A stretch of DNA of 64,000 bases. Source: Clostridia bacterium. GTDB taxonomy: Bacteria; Bacillota; Clostridia; Monoglobales; Monoglobaceae. Below are positions 10,562 through 17,393 of this stretch, in pieces. Position 1 is the stretch's first letter. The number at the start of each line of letters is the position of its first letter. A model generated the notes under the pieces. The model was not told the origin of the DNA and searched no databases. It saw only the letters and a list, made by a program, of their open reading frames with translations. The stretch covers positions 7,849-71,848 of the forward strand of contig JAZNVB010000026.1 of the NCBI GenBank assembly GCA_045592585.1, in the 5' to 3' direction. A program made the translations under genes and the position numbers.

Positions 10562-10738
10562 TTATTCTTCTTTATCGACAGAATGGACTTTAAATTTTGT
10601 TACCTTGGGTGAGTTATTTTCGTCTTCGCCATCTTCTATATAGGCTTCTTCTGCATCAATCTGTGCCTTTTGCAGTATTTCGATAGCATCTGTAATTGCG
10701 TTAAAAAGACGAAAATAGAGTTTTTTGTAGTTAACCAT
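10562..10738 (-). CDS. Small acidic hypothetical protein (58 aa, MVNYKKLYFRLFNAITDAIEILQKAQIDAEEAY...)
   Basis: ATG at 10738 has AGGGGG 8 nt upstream. The longer track ORF (to 10840) runs through a terminator hairpin. No family recognised. Confidence 0.4.
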   Translation of the reverse strand: MVNYKKLYFRLFNAITDAIEILQKAQIDAEEAYIEDGEDENNSPKVTKFKVHSVDKEE

Positions 10739-10756
10739 TTTAGTACCCCCTAAATT

Positions 10757-10790
10757 AAAAAATGCGGCAACCGAAGCTGCCGCACAAAAA
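10757..10790 (-). terminator. Intrinsic terminator (minus strand) downstream of the LysR gene
   Basis: Minus strand reads TGCGGCA-gcttcggt-TGCCGCA followed by TTTTTTAATTT. Confidence 0.7.
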
Positions 10791-11021
10791 ATGCAAACTC
10801 CGATTGTTGTCACACAATTTAAACAGATAGGTAGTGGCATAGCACATTATATCCTCTGGAATTTGCATTTTTATCAAATTCACAAAATATAATGTGCTTA
10901 ACCAGGGTATAAAATACCCATAAAAATAAAAAACAACACCTATTTTCAATTGTTTAAATTATGTGACAATATTATGATAACACAAAACAAGGGAAAATAC
11001 AATAGAAAACTTATAAAAATG

Positions 11022-11900
11022 TTATTTTTCTTTAATTAAATCAAGAAATTTCTGTGCCGCGGGCGACAGGGTGTTGTGCTTTAAATATGCATAACCGATA
11101 TGTCTTGTGGGCAAACTTGGGTTAAGTGCAAGCTTTTGCACGTTGCCAAGCTGCAGACTCTCTTTTGAGAATTCTTCAACCACGCAGGAGATGCCCAGAT
11201 GGATGGAGGCAAACCTTAACAAAAGCTCGTGGGCGGCAACTTCAATCTGCGGCGTTAAGGATATGTGCTTTTTGCCAAATTCCTCGTCGAGAAAGCGTCG
11301 GGAGATTGAGTTCTTTTCAAGGAGTATCAGGGGTTCTTTTGCAATGTCCTCCCAACTGTATTTTTGCCTGAGTTTTTGCTCGGGACCTGCAACAAATATA
11401 TCGTGTATTTCAAGGCAAGGTTCGATTGTCAGCTCGTCATCCTGGGCAGGAAGGCTTACAAAGGCAAGCTCGGCTGTTCCGTCCTTCACAAGCTGCAGCA
11501 TATGATATGAATATGAGTTTGCCATTTCAATTCTTATGCCGGGGAAAAGCCTGTGGAACTTTTCAAGATAAGGCAAAAGATAATGGGCGGTTATGGTATC
11601 TGCAGCGGCAATAATCAGCGAGCCGCTGTCAAGGTGGTGCAGCCTTGCAAGAAGGGTTTCGCCTTGCTCTATTGATTGCACTGCACTTTCAACCTTCTGA
11701 AAAAGAAGCTGACCCTCCTTTGTAAGAGTCACCCCCCTGCGTGAACGGTTAAATAAAACGGTGCCCAGATCCTCTTCAAGCTGGTGTATACACTGGGATA
11801 TTGCCGACTGCGAAATAAACAGGTGCCGCGCCGCTGTGGAGAACGAGGCATATCTTGCGGTTTCGTAAAAAATTTTGTAATAATCGAGTTTTGTTTTCAT
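11022..11900 (-). CDS. LysR-family transcriptional regulator
   Basis: N-terminal wHTH FSTAARHLFISQSAISQCIHQLEEDLGTVLFNRSRRGVTLT plus a LysR substrate-binding domain. Confidence 0.9.
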   Translation of the reverse strand: MKTKLDYYKIFYETARYASFSTAARHLFISQSAISQCIHQLEEDLGTVLFNRSRRGVTLTKEGQLLFQKVESAVQSIEQGETLLARLHHLDSGSLIIAAADTITAHYLLPYLEKFHRLFPGIRIEMANSYSYHMLQLVKDGTAELAFVSLPAQDDELTIEPCLEIHDIFVAGPEQKLRQKYSWEDIAKEPLILLEKNSISRRFLDEEFGKKHISLTPQIEVAAHELLLRFASIHLGISCVVEEFSKESLQLGNVQKLALNPSLPTRHIGYAYLKHNTLSPAAQKFLDLIKEK

Positions 11901-11937
11901 ATAAGCTCTCCTTATTACTGTTGTAAGTATTATCTAC

Positions 11938-11966
11938 TTTACTTATATTTATATTTGTAGTATAAT
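11938..11966 (+). promoter_or_regulatory. Candidate sigma-A promoter (TTTACT-17-TATAAT), divergent from lysR, driving the long leader of the cofE-like gene
   Basis: TATAAT at 11961-11966 and TTTACT at 11938-11943. This would give a leader of about 385 nt containing cassette units A1 and A2. Confidence 0.45.
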
Positions 11967-11993
11967 GGCTATGATAACAAATGTCAATACATT

Positions 11994-12171
11994 GGAGGAA
12001 TTTAATGTGAATGTTTTTTCACATTATTGCCTCCGGCAGATTTGATTGCCCATGCGAAATTTTTTTCGCTTTCGCTCAAAAACGCATATGGGCGTAAAAA
12101 TCTCTTATCATTCCTTGCCATACGGATAAGAGAAATTTAATTATATTTGTGCCGACGTATGGCGGCGGAAT
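11994..12171 (+). ncRNA. Structured SD-to-SD cassette, unit A1 (first unit of a tandem dimer)
   Basis: - Opening SD: GGAGG 11994-11998.
- P1: AATGTGAA/TTCACATT.
- Anti-SD: CCTCC.
- P2: GCCC 12048-51, ATGCG 12052-56 ... CGCAT 12083-87, bulge AT, GGGC 12090-93.
- P3: TCTCTTATC/GATAAGAGA.
- Loop CCATACG pairs with tail CGTATGG.
- Ends at the next GGAG. Confidence 0.75.
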
Positions 12172-12358
12172 GGAGATTAACGTGAAAGTTCCTTTCCCGT
12201 TAAGCCTCCGGCAGATTTGATTGCCCATGCGAATTTTTTTTCGCTTTCGCTCAAAAACGCATATGGGCGTAAAAATCTCTTATCATTCCTTGCCATACGG
12301 ATAAGAGAAATTTAAAATTATATTTGTGCCGACGTATGGCGGCGGAATGGAGATTTTT
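12172..12358 (+). ncRNA. Structured SD-to-SD cassette, unit A2. Ends at the SD and ATG of the cofE-like gene.
   Basis: - P1: 12179-12201.
- CCTCC: 12205-09.
- P2: 12223-12268.
- P3: 12276-12308.
- Pseudoknot: CCATACG 12293-99 with CGTATGG 12333-39.
- SD helix: GGAATGGAGATTTTT 12344-58 is complementary to AAAAATCTC 12271-79 and CATTCC 12284-89. Confidence 0.75.
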
Positions 12359-13549
12359 ATGGAAAGAAGAGTAGGTACAGTTTCAAGAGGTATCCGTTGC
12401 CCAATTATCCGTAAGGGCGATGATATAGCTACAATCGTAGTAAACAGTGTTACAGAGGCGGCTCAGATTGAAGGGTTTGAACTTCGCGACCGTGATGTTG
12501 TTGCAGTTACAGAATCTATTGTTGCACGTGCACAGGGCAACTATGCATCTGTTGACGCTATCGCAAAGGATGTATGCACAAAGCTTGGCGGCGGCACAAT
12601 CGGTGTTATTTTTCCAATTCTCAGCCGCAATCGTTTTGCTATCTGTTTAAGAGGTATTGCAAAGGGTGCAAAAAAGATAGTTCTTATGCTCAACTATCCC
12701 AGCGACGAGGTTGGCAATGCGTTGGTATCACTTGACCAGCTTGACAATGCGGGCGTTAATCCTTATTCTGATGTTCTTACCGAAGCAAAATATCGCGAGC
12801 TTTTTGGCGAGAATCCACATCCCTTCACAGGTGTTGATTATATAAAATACTATGGTGATTTGATTAAGTCCTGCGGCGCAGAGGTTGAAATAATTTTGGC
12901 AAATGACCCCAGAGTTATCCTTAAGTACACAGATTGCGTTCTTAACTGTGACATTCACAGCCGTGTTCGCACAAAGAGAATTTTAAAGGATGCAGGCGCA
13001 AAATGCGTTGTTGGTCTTGACGAAATTCTGTCAGAGTCTGTTGACGGCAGCGGATTTAACTCAAGATATGGTTTGCTTGGCTCAAACAAGTCAACTGAAG
13101 ACACAGTTAAGCTCTTCCCCAACGAATGTTTTGATTTGGTTGAAAATATTCAGGCACAGCTTTTAGAGAAGACAGGTAAGCATATCGAGGTTATGGTTTA
13201 CGGCGATGGCGCCTTCAAAGACCCCCAGGGCAAAATCTGGGAGCTTGCTGACCCGATAGTTTCACCTGCATACACAAAAGGGCTTGAGGGTACACCTAAC
13301 GAGCTTAAGCTCAAATATCTTGCAGATAATGATTTTGCAGAACTCAAGGGCGAGGAACTGAAAAAGGCAATTGAGGGTGCAATCAAGCAAAAGGATGGCG
13401 ACCTTGTTGGCAATATGGCATCTCAGGGCACAACCCCAAGACGCCTTACCGACCTTATCGGTTCACTTTGTGACCTTACAAGCGGCTCGGGCGACAAGGG
13501 CACACCGGTTGTTCTTGTTCAGGGCTACTTTGATAATTTGACAGACTAA
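12359..13549 (+). CDS. CofE-like protein (F420-0:gamma-glutamyl ligase family, PF01996-like), function unknown here
   Basis: Starts MERRVGTVSRGIRCPIIRKGDD...VVAVTESIVARAQG, which looks like the CofE family. ATG 12359 lies 6 nt after GGAG. The track start at 12326 runs into the RNA cassette. Confidence 0.6.
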   Translation: MERRVGTVSRGIRCPIIRKGDDIATIVVNSVTEAAQIEGFELRDRDVVAVTESIVARAQGNYASVDAIAKDVCTKLGGGTIGVIFPILSRNRFAICLRGIAKGAKKIVLMLNYPSDEVGNALVSLDQLDNAGVNPYSDVLTEAKYRELFGENPHPFTGVDYIKYYGDLIKSCGAEVEIILANDPRVILKYTDCVLNCDIHSRVRTKRILKDAGAKCVVGLDEILSESVDGSGFNSRYGLLGSNKSTEDTVKLFPNECFDLVENIQAQLLEKTGKHIEVMVYGDGAFKDPQGKIWELADPIVSPAYTKGLEGTPNELKLKYLADNDFAELKGEELKKAIEGAIKQKDGDLVGNMASQGTTPRRLTDLIGSLCDLTSGSGDKGTPVVLVQGYFDNLTD

Positions 13550-13565
13550 TATTTACTAAGAGTCA

Positions 13566-13609
13566 AGACGCATCAGGATAGGTGATGGTTTATTCTGATG
13601 TGTCTTTTT
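13566..13609 (+). terminator. Intrinsic terminator after the cofE-like gene
   Basis: 11 bp stem AGACGCATCAG/CTGATGTGTCT (one G-U pair) followed by TTTTT. Confidence 0.75.
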
Positions 13610-13643
13610 GGTCTTAACATTAAATTATTTTTTTAATGGGGTG

Positions 13644-14450
13644 ATGATTTTGGATAGCGCAAAAGTAATTGAAAAATGGTATAGGGAGTTAAACTTCAAC
13701 TCTCGGTATGACGTGGAGTTTTATGAGGCTTTGAGAGAAATTAAAATAGAAGATTGTAAAATAGATGAATACGATACAAAAGAAAAGAATGGAAAGAAAA
13801 ATTTCCTATCGTATTTATATATGTGTGAGGAATTGTCAAAGCAATATAAACAAAAAGGCATATCAGAAGGAATTCTTTATGATACTCTGTCTGATATAGG
13901 CAGATGGCTGGATACCTGGAGCGAGCTTGAGGAAGGACTTTACCTGGGAGAATTAAATTGGCTTAAACGTCATCTCAGTATGAAGCTTTTTAAGCTTGGC
14001 AGATTGCAATTTGCTTTTGGTAAGGCAAGTTGCGATCTTGCCGAAAAAAACATTAAAAAAGGGGATAATGTAATTGAGGTACACATCCCGGCAGAAGGAC
14101 CTCTTTTAAAGTCGGAATGTGAAAAATCTTTTGAAATGGCAAAAAAATTCTTTAAAGAGTTTTATCCTGATTATGAATATAAATATTTTACCTGCCATTC
14201 ATGGCTTATGGACAGCAGCTTGAAAAATCTTTTGAAAAGCGACAGTAATATGCTGATGTTTCAGGATTTATTTGAAGTGTTCGAGCCTGAGGAGTCATAC
14301 TCAATACTTAAATATGTGTTTAAATGGAATACAACAAAAGAAAATCTTAATTCCTGCGTAGATTCTTCAAGCTTTGCGAGAAGGGTTAAGGAATGGATAA
14401 ATGATGGCGGAAAGTTCTATGAAGCGCTGGGTGTTATTGAAGCAAACTAA
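13644..14450 (+). CDS. Uncharacterised protein (DUF5596 / acyltransferase-domain-like)
   Basis: Pattern GRLQF...HIPAEGPL...FTCHSWLMDSSL resembles that family. Start is uncertain (ATG 13644 or TTG 13650). The track start at 13608 lies inside the terminator. Confidence 0.45.
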   Translation: MILDSAKVIEKWYRELNFNSRYDVEFYEALREIKIEDCKIDEYDTKEKNGKKNFLSYLYMCEELSKQYKQKGISEGILYDTLSDIGRWLDTWSELEEGLYLGELNWLKRHLSMKLFKLGRLQFAFGKASCDLAEKNIKKGDNVIEVHIPAEGPLLKSECEKSFEMAKKFFKEFYPDYEYKYFTCHSWLMDSSLKNLLKSDSNMLMFQDLFEVFEPEESYSILKYVFKWNTTKENLNSCVDSSSFARRVKEWINDGGKFYEALGVIEAN

Positions 14451-14505
14451 TAGCTCAAAGGAAAATTATTATTGACATGAGCATGAGTTTTATTGCATCA
14501 TTTAA

Positions 14506-14534
14506 TTGACAAGATTAGCAAGTTATTATATAAT
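14506..14534 (+). promoter_or_regulatory. Sigma-A promoter (TTGACA-17-TATAAT)
   Basis: Perfect hexamers at 14506-14511 and 14529-14534, upstream of the creatininase-family gene. Confidence 0.6.
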
Positions 14535-14594
14535 AATTAAGGTTATGTTGCTTTTAAAATTAAACTATTATTAAATTTCCAAGGGGGCTATATT

Positions 14595-15332
14595 ATGCAA
14601 CTAATTAACATGTTTCACGACCAAATTGAAGATGCCGTAAAAAGAAAGGTGCCATTTATTATACCTATTGGTACTATTGAATATCATGCGCATCACGCAT
14701 CTTGCGGAACAGATACCATGGTGGTAAACGGATGTCTTCGTGAACTTGAGAAGGAAAAGGAAGTAGTAATTTGTCCGCCTATCTGGTATGGTGTTGCGTC
14801 ATATGCAGTATGTGCTCCAAAGCCTGACCATATACACGTTGACGAAGATACATATGCTCAATACTTATATTGCATTCTTAAATCAATGATTGCAGGCGGT
14901 ATAAAAAATATCTATCTTGTTCCCCATCATCAGACAGAAGGCGCAGGCCTTATGCCAATGACTATCGCGTGTCACAAGGCAGCAAAGAAGGTTACAATGG
15001 AATATATGGAAGAAACTCTTGGCAAAGGTTGGTGGGGCAGCGATTCTTATGCTGATTATTATGAAAACCTTGGCGGCGGAGAAGATCCCTTCTCATACAT
15101 CAAGGTTATTCCTCTTATCGGTGCTGATGCACAGATAAAATGCGGTGGTTTTGACCATGCAGGCAAATGGGAAACCAGCTTAATGATGGGCACCTATCCC
15201 GAGAATGTTGATTTAAGCCGTTGTGCTCAGAATACCGAATGGTTTGCAGAAAGTGCAAAAGAAGCATCTGAAGAAACCGGAAAACATATGGTTGAGTGCA
15301 CACTTGAATGGCTTCGTGAAGCAATTAATTAA
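14595..15332 (+). CDS. Creatininase-family amidohydrolase (substrate unknown)
   Basis: PIGTIEYHAHHASCGTD resembles the creatininase-family metal-binding motif (P-x-G-x-x-E-x-H-x-x-H-x-x-x-G-T-D). Confidence 0.55.
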   Translation: MQLINMFHDQIEDAVKRKVPFIIPIGTIEYHAHHASCGTDTMVVNGCLRELEKEKEVVICPPIWYGVASYAVCAPKPDHIHVDEDTYAQYLYCILKSMIAGGIKNIYLVPHHQTEGAGLMPMTIACHKAAKKVTMEYMEETLGKGWWGSDSYADYYENLGGGEDPFSYIKVIPLIGADAQIKCGGFDHAGKWETSLMMGTYPENVDLSRCAQNTEWFAESAKEASEETGKHMVECTLEWLREAIN

Positions 15333-15340
15333 TATAATAA

Positions 15341-15380
15341 AAAACATCCGCCTGAAACATAATCAGGTGGATGTTTTTTT
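15341..15380. terminator. Bidirectional intrinsic terminator
   Basis: ACATCCGCCTGA/TCAGGTGGATGT stem flanked by A-run and T-run, between convergent genes. Confidence 0.8.
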
Positions 15381-15391
15381 GAACTATTTTA

Positions 15392-15757
15392 TTATTCAGA
15401 ATAACCAAGTGTTGTATAGAATGCAAGATTTGCCTGAGTGTTGTCAAGTCTGCCGTACTGAAGAACAATAGGGGTATTGCTTGAAACCTTCATAGCATAC
15501 TGTGTTTCAAAAGGAACTTTAAAACCGCACATATGGTCGATATTGTTCATTCTGAAGCACTTAACTCTCTTTGCACCAACCTCCCAAACAATGCCTGTGT
15601 GGGGTTCTTTATCTGTGAAATAAATGCTTACATCTATTTTTGCATCTGTATCAGAATCATTAACGATAATAACTGACTCGTGGCCTTTTGCAACGCCTTC
15701 GCCTTCCTGAGGAAGTTCACAGTCAGGAATTATCCATTCTTTTTTACCAATAGCCAT
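15392..15757 (-). CDS. Sensory rhodopsin transducer (ASRT)-family protein
   Basis: Resembles the Anabaena ASRT as I recall it: HESVIIVNDSDTDAKIDVSIYFTDKEP here versus HETVCILNAGDEDAHVEITIYYSDKEP, and SNTPIVLQYGRLD versus SNVPIVVQHTRLD. ATG 15757 follows GGAGAG plus 7 nt. Confidence 0.7.
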   Translation of the reverse strand: MAIGKKEWIIPDCELPQEGEGVAKGHESVIIVNDSDTDAKIDVSIYFTDKEPHTGIVWEVGAKRVKCFRMNNIDHMCGFKVPFETQYAMKVSSNTPIVLQYGRLDNTQANLAFYTTLGYSE

Positions 15758-16044
15758 TTTTATTCTCTCCAATCAATTAGATTTATATAAGGAGCTGTCG
15801 CAAAATGCGGCAGCTCCTTTGGGGTGGACGCAAAATAGTGCAGATTGGACAAACTGAGACCCGATGCTGTATGCGGATACTGCGAGAGGCGAAGTTTGTT
15901 CAAAACGCAAAGCATCTGCAATTGAAATTTGTTGCATAACAAATTTCTACCTTGGTTTTTTTAGCCTTTATATTCTTTGAAAATGGCTGCATTAAGCCTT
16001 TTGCACACTTTGCGTGGTCTGTGCATTTTGCTACTGCCCCTAAA

Positions 16045-17217
16045 TTAGAAACCGAGTTCGATGATACCTTTCTTCAGATAGTCTGTCATCTTGTGGCAGC
16101 CATCTTTTGTGATAGCGGCACCGATTTCCCATCTGCAGCCGAAGCCGTCGCCCATGATGAATGTGTCAACCTGGAATGTCATATTTTCTTCCAGCTTGTA
16201 AGTTGAGTCTGTTTCCATCCAGGGTGGCTCAACCTCGATCATACCTGTTCCGTGACAAGGTCCGTAAACATAGCTGTCTTTGAAACCATTTTCAACATAC
16301 ATATTATAGAAATTCTTAGCAACGCTATCTGCCATAACGCCAGCTTTGAGCTGGTCGATTGTCCAGTCGTGAGCTTCCTTACAGAATTCAACAACTCTTC
16401 TTCTTTCACCTTCGAGCTTACCCATAGCGATGGGAAGACCGATAGCAGGTGAATAACCGTCAATCTTAGCAGAAAGGTTAAGCTGAACGATATCGTTCTT
16501 GCCAATTGTTCTGTAGCCTGAACGTGAAATTGCGTGGCTTGTTGACTTTTCGCTGAATACATACATAGGAAGACCTTCGTATTCTGCGCCTTCTTCGTAG
16601 ATAACCTTCTGTGCGATACCAACCATCTGAAGTTCGGTTACGCCGGGCTTAAGGTTGCGGATAACTTCGTCTGTTGCAATGTCAACGATTCTGAAGCCTT
16701 CCTGAATACAAGCAAGCTCGTTAGCTGACTTAATCTTTCTCAGGTTAACCATAATATCGTTGCACTTAACGATTTCAGCTTCAGGATAGCTGTCCTTAAG
16801 ACCTTCATAGATGGGGAGTGTGCACTCTACATAGCTACCAAGACCAATCTTGATTTTGCTGCCTGTAACACCGATAGCCTTGAATACATCATTAAATGTA
16901 TCAGCATGAAGCTCGGGGTAAGAGGGGTCGGCTGATTCTCTGAATTCTCTCAGGCAGAATACCTTTTCAATCTTGCCAACGTCTTTAGCAAAGATGATAC
17001 ATTCAGGACCAACCATAAGTGCTGCTTCGCCTGTTGCAGAGATAGCAACACCTGCACGTTCAAACAGAGGCCAGAAACCGCTGAAATATCTAGCGTTTGC
17101 GTAGTCTGACTCGGTGGAACATACAACCATTACATCCAGACCTTTTTCTGCAACGAGCTTTGCTGCTCTTGCAATTCTTTCTTTGTACTCATAATCGGGA
17201 ATACAAATTCTTGACAT
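16045..17217 (-). CDS. M24-family metallopeptidase (Xaa-Pro peptidase / creatinase fold)
   Basis: Creatinase-type N-terminal domain plus a pita-bread domain (...GHGTGMIEVEPPW...). Confidence 0.75.
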   Translation of the reverse strand: MSRICIPDYEYKERIARAAKLVAEKGLDVMVVCSTESDYANARYFSGFWPLFERAGVAISATGEAALMVGPECIIFAKDVGKIEKVFCLREFRESADPSYPELHADTFNDVFKAIGVTGSKIKIGLGSYVECTLPIYEGLKDSYPEAEIVKCNDIMVNLRKIKSANELACIQEGFRIVDIATDEVIRNLKPGVTELQMVGIAQKVIYEEGAEYEGLPMYVFSEKSTSHAISRSGYRTIGKNDIVQLNLSAKIDGYSPAIGLPIAMGKLEGERRRVVEFCKEAHDWTIDQLKAGVMADSVAKNFYNMYVENGFKDSYVYGPCHGTGMIEVEPPWMETDSTYKLEENMTFQVDTFIMGDGFGCRWEIGAAITKDGCHKMTDYLKKGIIELGF

Positions 17218-17354
17218 AAAAACATCTCCTGTCTTTAATATAATTTTTCGGGGATACCACCCCGTTTAATTTTTCTTACATTAAATATACCATAAAAAAT
17301 GCTTTTTGTCTTTGAACTATATTCACTAAAATTTGCACAATCGTAAATTTATTT

Positions 17355-17392
17355 AAAATGGGGATGATAAAATTGTATCACCCCCATTTTAA
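17355..17392 (-). terminator. Intrinsic terminator after clpC
   Basis: GGGG(G)TGATA...TATCATCCCC hairpin followed by ATTTTAAATAAATTT on the minus strand. Confidence 0.7.
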
Positions 17393-17393
17393 A

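Noticed and set aside
11992-12358. Are the tandem repeats at about 12.0 kb and 30.5 kb a CRISPR array?
   Set aside because: The units are about 177 nt, directly abutting with no unique spacers, and there are only two per locus. Each has complex internal structure, and there are no cas genes. This is not CRISPR.
11992-12358. Are the cassettes a known riboswitch, T-box or ribosomal-protein leader?
   Set aside because: - No T-box sequence or specifier-loop layout is present.
- No motifs of the riboswitch classes I can recall (ykkC, glycine, SAM, TPP, c-di-GMP, raiA and others).
- Multi-copy status with near-identical flanks, upstream of unrelated genes, is atypical for those classes.

I cannot formally exclude an Rfam family without cmscan.
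12326-12358. N-terminal extensions of track ORFs into the cassettes (12326 for the cofE-like gene, 38094 for rsfS, 24267 for azlD)
   Set aside because: The extensions are encoded by the conserved cassette tail (…GTGCCGACGTATGGCGGCGGAATGGAGATT…), which is shared between unrelated genes. In each case a GGAG lies 6-8 nt before an internal ATG. The downstream ATG is the likelier start.
17248-17266. CGGGG-atacca-CCCCG hairpin upstream of the M24 gene, as a terminator
   Set aside because: It has terminator polarity (T-run) only on the plus strand, where no gene ends nearby. On the minus strand it lies in the M24 5' leader and is followed by A residues. Its function is unclear, and it is not annotated as a terminator.
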